Source: Actinomycetales bacterium (lineage in GTDB: Bacteria > Actinomycetota > Actinomycetes > Actinomycetales > CAVURS01). Taken from it: DNA of 27,134 nucleotides. The notes under the pieces are model-generated. The model was not told the DNA's origin. It saw only the letters and a program-made list of their open reading frames with translations, and did no database searches. The position numbers and the translations under genes are program-made. Below, one piece after another: positions 16,134 through 23,375 of this stretch (within the stretch, counting starts at the first letter, position 1; each line of letters opens with the position of its first letter). The DNA is taken from assembly GCA_045807245.1 (NCBI GenBank), contig JBJMHS010000045.1:62001-89134 (forward strand), given 5' to 3'.

Positions 16134-17093
16134 ATGAACACCATTGATCACCACACCGACGCGTACGACGTCGTCGTCATCGGCGGCGGCGCCGCGGGAC
16201 TCTCGGCGGCTCTCGTGCTATCGCGGGCCCGCCGAAGCGTCCTGGTCGTGGACGCCGGCTCGCCGCGCAATGCTCCCACTGCTCACATGCACGGCTTCCT
16301 GTCCAGAGACGGCATGGCGCCGGCCGACCTCATTCGTATAGGTGGCGCTGAGGTCGTGACGTACGGCGGCGAGATCGCCAACGCGACTGTCGATCGCGTG
16401 ACCCGCTCCGACGTCGCCGGCTTCGACATGCTGCTGGCCGATGGCCGCCGCGTCTCGGCCCGTCGGCTGCTCGTCGCGACCGGCCTGCGGGACGAGCTGC
16501 CTGAGGTGCATGGGTTACGCGAGCGATGGGCACGCGACGTACTGCACTGCCCGTACTGCCACGGCTGGGAGGTGCGGGACCAACGTCTCGGAGTGCTGTC
16601 CGGCGGGTCGCCTGACTCCGTGAAGTACGCCCAGATCGTACGACAGTGGAGCTCGGACGTCGTGCTCTTCGTCCCGCCCGACTCGCTCACGGTCGACGAC
16701 CGCGCTGAGCTGCTGGCCCGCGCCGTCGGCATCATCGAGGGCGAGGCCACCCGTGTCGTCGTAGCGGAGGACCGGCTGACCGGCCTCGAGATGTCCGACG
16801 GCCGGAGGATCGATCGGGACGCGCTGTTCGTCCCGCCGCGGTTCGTGCCCAACAGCCGCCTGCTGGATCAGCTGGGCTGCCAGGTCGACGATCGAGGGTG
16901 GGTCGTCAAGGACGCGACGGGTCTCACGTCGATCCCGGGGGTGTGGGTGGCCGGCAATGTGGCCAACCCGCGGGCCCAGGTCATCACCGCCGCCGGCGAG
17001 GGGTCGGCGGCCGCGATCGCGCTCAACGCCGACCTCGTCGACGAAGACGTGCGAGCCGCCGTCAATAGCGTCGAGCTGGGACTGCGGTCATGA
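16134..17093 (+). CDS. Thioredoxin-reductase-like NAD(P)/FAD oxidoreductase with CPYC motif
   Basis: DVVVIGGGAAGLSAA, LLVATG, HCPYCHGWE and TSIPGVWVAGN. Confidence 0.9.
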   Translation: MNTIDHHTDAYDVVVIGGGAAGLSAALVLSRARRSVLVVDAGSPRNAPTAHMHGFLSRDGMAPADLIRIGGAEVVTYGGEIANATVDRVTRSDVAGFDMLLADGRRVSARRLLVATGLRDELPEVHGLRERWARDVLHCPYCHGWEVRDQRLGVLSGGSPDSVKYAQIVRQWSSDVVLFVPPDSLTVDDRAELLARAVGIIEGEATRVVVAEDRLTGLEMSDGRRIDRDALFVPPRFVPNSRLLDQLGCQVDDRGWVVKDATGLTSIPGVWVAGNVANPRAQVITAAGEGSAAAIALNADLVDEDVRAAVNSVELGLRS

Positions 17094-17347
17094 CCACTCC
17101 GAGGTCTCCCGGCCGTCGTCCCGTTGGGCCGCCCACCAAGCACCAGCTCGCCCTCATGATCTGGCTGGCTGTCTTCCCGACCCTGACGCTGCTCAACCTT
17201 GCGCTCGGTGCCTGGCTCAAGACCCTGTCGCCGGTGCTGCGCACGTTTGTGCTGGCCACAATGGCCGTGCCGATCGTGATCTACGGACTGATGCCGCGCC
17301 TGCATGCGCTGCGAGTCCGCCTGCTAGGGAGGGTCCCGTCCTCCTGA
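17090..17347 (+). CDS. Small two-TM membrane protein
   Basis: ATGA overlap with the upstream stop; PTKHQLALMIWLAVFP and VIYGLMPRL flank two hydrophobic helices. Confidence 0.75.
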   Translation: MTTPRSPGRRPVGPPTKHQLALMIWLAVFPTLTLLNLALGAWLKTLSPVLRTFVLATMAVPIVIYGLMPRLHALRVRLLGRVPSS

Positions 17348-17393
17348 CTCGCCAACCGTGCGAGCTGTCACTGGCCCGCATCCAAGCCATGAC

Positions 17394-17418
17394 AGGCGCC
17401 TGGCCAGGCTCGGCGCCT
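17394..17418. terminator. Hairpin between convergent genes
   Basis: AGGCGCC-N11-GGCGCCT; no U-tract. Confidence 0.35.
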
Positions 17419-17453
17419 CTATCCCCTGGTTGACGCCCCCCGCGGACTTCCCG

Positions 17454-18554
17454 TCAAGGGTGTTCGTCGATATCCGTCGACGACACTTGCCCTTCGGGGG
17501 CCTGCAGGCTGACTCGGACACCGAGCAGCCGCACCGGGCGCCCCTGCTCCAACCGGTCGAGCAGGGCCACCGCAGCGTCCTGGACCGTTGCCACATCCAG
17601 GGTCGGCACCGGCAGCTTGTGGATCCGTGTCGTGGTGAGGAAGGGCGCGAAGCGCAGCTTGATCGCGACGTGGGTGACCATCCGTTCTGCCCCCACGTCG
17701 TCCAGAACTTCGGCGGCGAGCCGGCGCAGGGTGGCCTCGACGTCGGCCCGGTCGACCAGGTCCTGCCGCAACGTCTCTTCCCGACTGTGTCCACGCGGCA
17801 CGTACGGCTCGGTGCTGATCGTGACGCTGCCCTCGCCCCGTCCCAGAGACTGCAGCCACGGACCTGTCGTCGGCCCGAAGCGGGCCCGCAACACCTCGAC
17901 ATCGGCGCTCGCGAGATCGTCGACCGAGGAGATACCCATCGCTGCGAGCTTTCCTGCCGTCTTGTTACCCACACCCCAGAGGGCCGTCGTGGGACGTGTG
18001 CCCATGACCTCGAACCAACTGTCTCGGGTGAGCCGAAAGACCCCCGCGGCGTCCTGGGGCAGTGAGCCTTCTGCGGCCTTGGCGAACCCGGTCGCCAGTT
18101 TCGCGCGGACCTTGTTGTCGCCGATGCCGACGCAGCAGGTGAACGATGTCCGTTCCTCGACGGCACGACGAAGAGCGTGCGCCAGGGGTTCTGGATCGTC
18201 GACGTCCGTGCCCACGAAGCCCTCGTCCCAGCCCCACACCTCTACCAGGTCAACGAGGCTACGGACGACACCCCAGACCTCGGCAGACGCCTCGTCGTAA
18301 GCCGCGCGGTCGGCGGGCAGGAAGACCGCGTCGGGGCATCGGCGCAGCGCGGTCGACAGCGGCATGCCGGACCTGACTCCGAAGGCCCGCGCTTCGTAGG
18401 AGGCGGTGGCCACGACCTGGCGGCGCCGAGTCGGGTCACCGTCGCCCCCCACGACGACCGGCAGCCCCCGCAGCTGCGGCCGCCGGCGGATCTCCACGGC
18501 GGCGATGAACTGGTCGAGATCCAGGTGGAGGATCCAGCGCGATGTCGCCGGCAC
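17454..18554 (-). CDS. dinB: DNA polymerase IV, DinB2-type
   Basis: LHLDLDQFIAAVE, ASYEARAFGVRSGMP, WGWDE, NKVRAKLA, LWGVG and VRLLGV. Confidence 0.93.
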   Translation of the reverse strand: MPATSRWILHLDLDQFIAAVEIRRRPQLRGLPVVVGGDGDPTRRRQVVATASYEARAFGVRSGMPLSTALRRCPDAVFLPADRAAYDEASAEVWGVVRSLVDLVEVWGWDEGFVGTDVDDPEPLAHALRRAVEERTSFTCCVGIGDNKVRAKLATGFAKAAEGSLPQDAAGVFRLTRDSWFEVMGTRPTTALWGVGNKTAGKLAAMGISSVDDLASADVEVLRARFGPTTGPWLQSLGRGEGSVTISTEPYVPRGHSREETLRQDLVDRADVEATLRRLAAEVLDDVGAERMVTHVAIKLRFAPFLTTTRIHKLPVPTLDVATVQDAAVALLDRLEQGRPVRLLGVRVSLQAPEGQVSSTDIDEHP

Positions 18555-18746
18555 GCATGGAGCGTGTCATGTGCAGCCGCTGCGGGCCCATGCCGGTGAT
18601 GGTGTTGCGGTGGATGGTCACCACGATGGTCATGGTCCCCGCGCGGCTGCTGGGCCAGTGCGAGACGCGCATCCCCGAAGTGGACCGTTCTGCCGCAACC
18701 GAACTGGACCTCGGAATGCAGCTCGCAGCCCCCTAACCTCGATGAA

Positions 18747-19331
18747 ATGAGTGAACCCATGAACAAGGTCATCGTCTGGATGCAGAGCTCCCTCGACGGG
18801 CGCACGCAAGGACCGAACGGGGAGTTCGACTGGCCCACTGTCCCGGAGGAGTTGACCAAACACTTCGTCGACGTTCTCGGGGACGCGGGAATGTTCGGCT
18901 ACGGCCGCCGCGTCTTCGAGATGATGGCCGGTTTTTGGCCGATTGCCGATGAGCTCCCGGGCGCCGGCCAGAATCAGATCGACTACGCACGGATCTGGAA
19001 GCCAATGCGCAAGCTGGTCTTCTCCCGCAGCCTCGAGGCCAGTGACTGGAACACCACGGTCGTCCGCAGCGTAGACCCGGCGCAGATAGCCGAGTTCGTG
19101 CGACAGGCCGATGGCGACCTCTATCTCTTCGGGGGCAGCGAGCTCGTGTCAGCGTTCTTCCAGCAGGACCTGGTCGACGAGGTCCAGACGTTCGTCCACC
19201 CCGTCGTTCTCGGCGGCGGAGCCCCGCTCTACCCCGAGCTTGCGCGCCGCCGTGGCATGTCCCTGGTCGAGTCCCAGACCTTCGACGGCGGCGTCGTCGG
19301 TCTGCGACACGCCCGGAACCGGAGCGACTAG
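18747..19331 (+). CDS. Dihydrofolate reductase / RibD C-terminal family protein
   Basis: SSLDG, YGRRVFEMM, KLVFSRSL, FGGSEL, LVDE and PVVLGGG. Confidence 0.9.
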   Translation: MSEPMNKVIVWMQSSLDGRTQGPNGEFDWPTVPEELTKHFVDVLGDAGMFGYGRRVFEMMAGFWPIADELPGAGQNQIDYARIWKPMRKLVFSRSLEASDWNTTVVRSVDPAQIAEFVRQADGDLYLFGGSELVSAFFQQDLVDEVQTFVHPVVLGGGAPLYPELARRRGMSLVESQTFDGGVVGLRHARNRSD

Positions 19332-19414
19332 CGAGCGAGGACGGTGCCTAGACCGCGCTCACTCAGAGAGATCCATGGCGTCTCCCTGTCGCGGCCCTGA
19401 GCGTTGGGGACCTG

Positions 19415-19433
19415 TGAGGCCGAACCAGCCTCA
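19415..19433. terminator. Short hairpin between convergent genes
   Basis: TGAGGC-CGAACCA-GCCTCA. Confidence 0.3.
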
Positions 19434-19446
19434 TCGCCGCGCGCAC

Positions 19447-20613
19447 TTACTCGCCATGGCCGGGCATGCTTCGCGCTTGGTCGCGCGGAGTGCTCTGATC
19501 GGCCCAGCGCAGTGTCGCGCCGATGCCGTCGGTGAGATCGACCTCTCCGGGGTCGGTGAGCTCGATGGACGCGTTGGTGCCGACCAGCGCCCAGACGATC
19601 GCCGCGTCGGCCCGCACCTGTTCCGCGGACTCCGCGCCGAGGGCGAGGACATCCTCCCGGGTCAGCCCGAGGTGCTCGGGCCGCCCATCGCTCCACAGAC
19701 GGAGATCGGACGACGGGTCGTCCTCCAGGATCAGCTCTTCGACCTGTCCGGCTCGCAGCGCGGTCACCACGTCGCCGAGTCCCTGCACGGCGCCGGACTG
19801 GCGACCCTCGCCGGCGCGGAACCGGTCCACGACCTCGGTCCGCCGGCGCCACAGCTCCTGGTCGACCAGCTCCGATATCTCGTCGTCCTGGGCCTCGCCC
19901 CGCCTGCTCAGCCGGACCGCCTCAGCGGCGGCCTTCGGTGGCAGATGAGCCGTCAGTTCGTGGACGACCTTGTCCTCGCCGGACAGCAGCAGCAGGCTCG
20001 GTCGATGACGGCGCAGCTCACCGGACACGACCTCCGCGAACTGCTTGGCGTTGCGGGTCACCGAGTCCTCGACCCGGCGCTCCATCCGGTAGTGCGCCCA
20101 GCCGCCGCCAGGGACCTTGTGCAGCACGTCGTCGTCACCTGCGACGTGCGACTGCCGCGTCCGTTGCAACAGACCGACCCGGCGCAGGACTGCGTCTCCA
20201 GCCGTGACGTCGACGAGGAGGTAGTCGAGCAGTCTCGACGTCCCCCGCAGCAGTGGTAGGAGGCTGGGCACCGGTCCCCACGACCGCGCTTCCCGCAGGG
20301 GCGGGTCGGGCAGCGTCACGTCGAGCGCGATGCCGCCGGGGTCGGCGACCACAACCCGACCCCTCGGACCACCGCGGATGGCCGGACCGAGCTGGTCGCC
20401 CTCGTCCGACGATGGCTCCGGGGCGAGAACGGCCTCTTCGATCTGGTCGAGCATCCCGTCGCCGACGCCCGCTTCGGCCAGACGTTCCCGGTGCGCTCGC
20501 CAGCGAAGCTCGACCTGCGCCCGCCCATCAGGCGCCTCTTGGGTGGCCTCCATGACGACGACGGCGAACGGACCGGTGCGCTTGGTGAGGGGCTCCAGCC
20601 AGCGCAGGTTCAC
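19447..20613 (-). CDS. Bacterial aeRF1-like protein (baeRF2 / Rv2629 family), probable Balon-like ribosome hibernation factor
   Basis: GPFA N-terminus, RGRVVVA, VLHKVPGGGWAH, GAVQGLGDVVTALRAGQVEELIL, RADAAI and DGIGATLRW (eRF1 domain-3 end). GGAGG lies before the GTG. Confidence 0.85.
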   Translation of the reverse strand: MNLRWLEPLTKRTGPFAVVVMEATQEAPDGRAQVELRWRAHRERLAEAGVGDGMLDQIEEAVLAPEPSSDEGDQLGPAIRGGPRGRVVVADPGGIALDVTLPDPPLREARSWGPVPSLLPLLRGTSRLLDYLLVDVTAGDAVLRRVGLLQRTRQSHVAGDDDVLHKVPGGGWAHYRMERRVEDSVTRNAKQFAEVVSGELRRHRPSLLLLSGEDKVVHELTAHLPPKAAAEAVRLSRRGEAQDDEISELVDQELWRRRTEVVDRFRAGEGRQSGAVQGLGDVVTALRAGQVEELILEDDPSSDLRLWSDGRPEHLGLTREDVLALGAESAEQVRADAAIVWALVGTNASIELTDPGEVDLTDGIGATLRWADQSTPRDQARSMPGHGE

Positions 20614-20651
20614 GACGGCACCTCCATGTGTTTGGGCTGACCCCGGAAGCA

Positions 20652-20676
20652 GTACCCCCGACCTTCCGGATCACAC
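20652..20676 (-). promoter_or_regulatory. SigF/SigB-like stress promoter GTGT-N15-GGGTAC
   Basis: Minus-strand GTGT-gatccggaaggtcgg-GGGTAC upstream of the baeRF2 gene; consensus is GTTT-N15-17-GGGTA. Confidence 0.55.
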
Positions 20677-20719
20677 CTCCGTCCAGGCACGGCGTCGAGT
20701 CGCGGGCCTCATGGACGGA

Positions 20720-20769
20720 GTGTCAAGAATCAGCCGAAGCAGGTGTCAAGGATCAGCCGAGCTCGCACA
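20720..20769. mobile_element. Solo IS end (IS481-like): two 18-bp direct repeats ending in ACA
   Basis: GTGTCAAGAATCAGCCGA (20720-20737) and GTGTCAAGGATCAGCCGA (20743-20760), then GCTCGCACA. No adjacent transposase. Confidence 0.6.
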
Positions 20770-20776
20770 GATGACG

Positions 20777-20815
20777 TGAGCCGCCTGTCGGAGTCGAACC
20801 CACGACGTACGAGTG
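20777..20815 (-). pseudogene. Decayed tRNA 3' fragment (tRNA-Thr CGT-like), att-site scar
   Basis: Minus strand CACTCGTAC-GTCGTGGGTTCGACTCCGACAGGCGGCTCA: T-arm with GTTCGA, acceptor 3' strand and an anticodon-like CTCGTA. No 5' half. Confidence 0.75.
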
Positions 20816-20871
20816 CGATTCCGGCGATCCGCTGACCAGTGAAGATAACGATGGAACAGGGCGACAGGTCG

Positions 20872-21849
20872 TCATACGGTGATCACGACCTTGCCGCGGA
20901 CCTGGCCCGCTTCGAGGAGATGCATAGCGTGGGGCGCCTCGTCCAGCGGGTAGCTGCGGTCAATGCTCGGTGTGAGCTGGCCTGCCTCGATGAGGTCCGT
21001 GAGCCGAACGTAGTCGTCGGCGCGCTCCTTCCCGACGAGCAGCTTCAGATCTTGCCTCAGAAGGGGTGACATCAGCGCTCCGCGCAGCTGCCGACCCATG
21101 CCGGTCAGGCTGCCGGCGTTCTCCCCACCGACGAAGACGAGCGTTCCACGCGGAGCGAGTGCTCGCCGCAGCCGGCTGATGGAGCTGCTTCCACCGATGT
21201 CGAGGATCAGGTCATAGCGGCGCGTCCCGTCGGCGAAGTCCTCATTTGTGTAGTCGATGACATGGTCGGCGCCGAGTCCTGCGACCAGGTCGATCTTGGC
21301 GGTGCTGCACACCCCGGTTACGTCGGCGCCGTACGCCTTCGCCAGTTGGACCGCATAGGTGCCGACGCCGCCGGAAGCGCCGACAACGAGCACCGACTGG
21401 CCGGCCTTCACCTTCCCGACATCGACGAGAGCCTGAAGTGCGGTGCCAGCCGAGACGGGGACCGCGGCCGCGTGAGCGAAGGACAGGTTCCCGGGCTTGC
21501 GGGCGAGCTTGCCCTCCCGCGCCGCGGCGTATTCGGCGAAGGATCCCGGCGCCACGCCGTACACCTCGTCGCCGACCGCGAACCGGGTCACGGCCGACCC
21601 TACCGCTGCGACCGTGCCGGCCACATCACGGCCCGAGATCGGGTTCTTGGGCTTCCGGAGCCCCAAGCCGAGTCGCATGGCGTAGGGCTTGCCCGTCATC
21701 AGGTGCTGGGTGCCGCGGTCGAGACCGGCCGCGTGCACATGCACGAGCACGTCGTGCTCCGCGATCACGGGGCGGTCCACCTGGGCCAGCCGCAGAACCT
21801 GAGAGGTGCCGTAGCGGTCCTGGACAATCGCCTTCATCGTTCCGGTCAT
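20872..21849 (-). CDS. MDR-superfamily NAD(P)-dependent oxidoreductase (zinc-free, quinone-reductase-like)
   Basis: MKAIVQDRYG, GRDVAGTV, GSFAEY, VGASGGVG, LGADHVIDY and GKVVITV. No zinc-binding Cys cluster. Confidence 0.9.
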   Translation of the reverse strand: MTGTMKAIVQDRYGTSQVLRLAQVDRPVIAEHDVLVHVHAAGLDRGTQHLMTGKPYAMRLGLGLRKPKNPISGRDVAGTVAAVGSAVTRFAVGDEVYGVAPGSFAEYAAAREGKLARKPGNLSFAHAAAVPVSAGTALQALVDVGKVKAGQSVLVVGASGGVGTYAVQLAKAYGADVTGVCSTAKIDLVAGLGADHVIDYTNEDFADGTRRYDLILDIGGSSSISRLRRALAPRGTLVFVGGENAGSLTGMGRQLRGALMSPLLRQDLKLLVGKERADDYVRLTDLIEAGQLTPSIDRSYPLDEAPHAMHLLEAGQVRGKVVITV

Positions 21850-21905
21850 TGTGGTTCCCTTCATCGTTCGATTCGTCGACGTTCGTTTCGAGGTGGCCGG
21901 CGGCT

Positions 21906-23279
21906 TCATCGCGGTCCGTCCGAGTCACGCACGGCGTTCACCACGTCGACGATGGCCGTCGCGGAGATAGCTGCTTGGCCGCGGTCTTCGGTCAGCGAGG
22001 CGTGGGTGCCGTTCGGGGCGAACCGATGCTGGCTGTTCGTCGACAGAGTGAGCATCTTGTCCTGCAGCGGCAGCCAACCATTCTGCATGTCCTTCAGCGC
22101 GGTGAGGACGATGAGGGGCTTGTCCCCGATGGAGGTCAGGGCCTGCGACTGCGCCAGGACGGTCCGCAGCTCGGCGAACTCGTCGCGGACACTGCGGTTG
22201 TGCCGTGCCGTCGACCAGTCGGCTCGCTCCTCCGACCGCGCGGCCGACGGCAAGTCGGCGGCCTGTGACTGGTAGATGAGCCGCATCCCACCGAGTCGAG
22301 CGATCGACGGCACGATCGCGCTGTAGCGCCGGAACAGGAAGTGGAACGTCGACCAGCCAGGCAGGGCGGCGTACGCGTTGCTCGGCTGGGGGTCGAGCAG
22401 CACCATGCCGGCGACCTGCTCGGGGTACTGATGGGCATAGACCTTCATGTACACGGCGCCGGAGGAGTGTCCGACGAGCACGTACGGCCCGGGCACATGC
22501 GCGTTGGCCAACAGGGCGTGTAGGTCGCGCGCCATCGCCGGACCGTCCTGCGGACCGGAGGCGGGATCGCTGTCGCCGCGGCCGGCGCGGTCGTAGCTGC
22601 AGACCCGAGTGGTCAGCGCAACGGCGGGCTGGATCCAGCCGGCCATCATCACGGCGGGTTCGCCGAGCCCGGGCTCGAGGACGACGGTCGGCGAGCCGGT
22701 GCCGGCGCAGGAGATGTGGAGCCTGTGGTCACCGACGCTGACGAGCTGGCCGGTCATGTGGTGCGCGGACGAGTCCATGGCCTCGCGGACGCTCTCGTAG
22801 CCGGCGCCGGCTGCAGACATGACCATCACGCCGGCGATCGGGTAGACGACGAGCCGGCGAGACCAGCTGAGCAGGGTGCGGCGGGACCGGGTGACGATCC
22901 AGCCGGCCACGGCGAGCAGCAGGACCGGCCAGACCCAGGCCGAGGCGTTCATGACGCCGGCGCCTGGTCGCAGCGCGATCTGCGCGAGGCCGACCGTCCC
23001 GAAGACACCGGCCGGCACCCACGCCCAGGGTTGCGGCTGGTCGGTGCGCCGCTGGGAGGTCCAGGCGAGCGCCGCCCAACCGGCGGCGAAACCGATGAGT
23101 ACGGCGCCCCCGACGACGGGCTCGGTGGCCCCGCCGAACACCAAGAGGGCGAGGACGAGGGCGAGTACGGCGCCGCCGACCAGGCTGGTGGCGACGATGC
23201 GGCCGATGTGGCCCGCTGAGGCGGGCGAGGCGGTGGTTGGAGGGCTGAGCGGCACGGTTCCGTTCGCGGTGGTGTTCAT
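21906..23279 (-). CDS. Membrane-anchored alpha/beta hydrolase
   Basis: About five N-terminal TM segments, then CAGTGSPTVVLEPG, YDRAGRG, GHSSG nucleophile and C-terminal His (GTHAS). Confidence 0.88.
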   Translation of the reverse strand: MNTTANGTVPLSPPTTASPASAGHIGRIVATSLVGGAVLALVLALLVFGGATEPVVGGAVLIGFAAGWAALAWTSQRRTDQPQPWAWVPAGVFGTVGLAQIALRPGAGVMNASAWVWPVLLLAVAGWIVTRSRRTLLSWSRRLVVYPIAGVMVMSAAGAGYESVREAMDSSAHHMTGQLVSVGDHRLHISCAGTGSPTVVLEPGLGEPAVMMAGWIQPAVALTTRVCSYDRAGRGDSDPASGPQDGPAMARDLHALLANAHVPGPYVLVGHSSGAVYMKVYAHQYPEQVAGMVLLDPQPSNAYAALPGWSTFHFLFRRYSAIVPSIARLGGMRLIYQSQAADLPSAARSEERADWSTARHNRSVRDEFAELRTVLAQSQALTSIGDKPLIVLTALKDMQNGWLPLQDKMLTLSTNSQHRFAPNGTHASLTEDRGQAAISATAIVDVVNAVRDSDGPR

Positions 23280-23312
23280 GGGTACGACGTTGATCTGTTG
23301 CCCGCCGGATCA

Positions 23313-23333
23313 CCCCCGTAGAACCACGGGGTT
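23313..23333 (-). promoter_or_regulatory. Putative LAL-regulator binding site 1
   Basis: Minus-strand AACCCCGTGGTTCTACGGGGG, identical to 26158-26178. Confidence 0.85.
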
Positions 23334-23375
23334 CTCACCGTCCCCTGACCTGCGTGGGCGCGTACCGTGCGGTTC

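Noticed and set aside
18570..18640. His-rich peptide (DHDHRGDHPPQHHHRH) as a metal-binding or attenuator leader
   Set aside because: That frame uses AT-ending codons and has no nearby start; it is a by-product of ACC/ATC codons in another frame.
18700..18713. LexA box upstream of dinB (CGAAC-N4-CCTCG)
   Set aside because: Two mismatches in the core half-site, and far from the likely -10.
20720..20760. Direct repeats as a mini-CRISPR
   Set aside because: Only two 18-bp units with a 5-nt spacer, and no cas genes.
20777..20860. Intact tRNA gene
   Set aside because: No 5' acceptor strand or D-arm, and the anticodon arm is incomplete.
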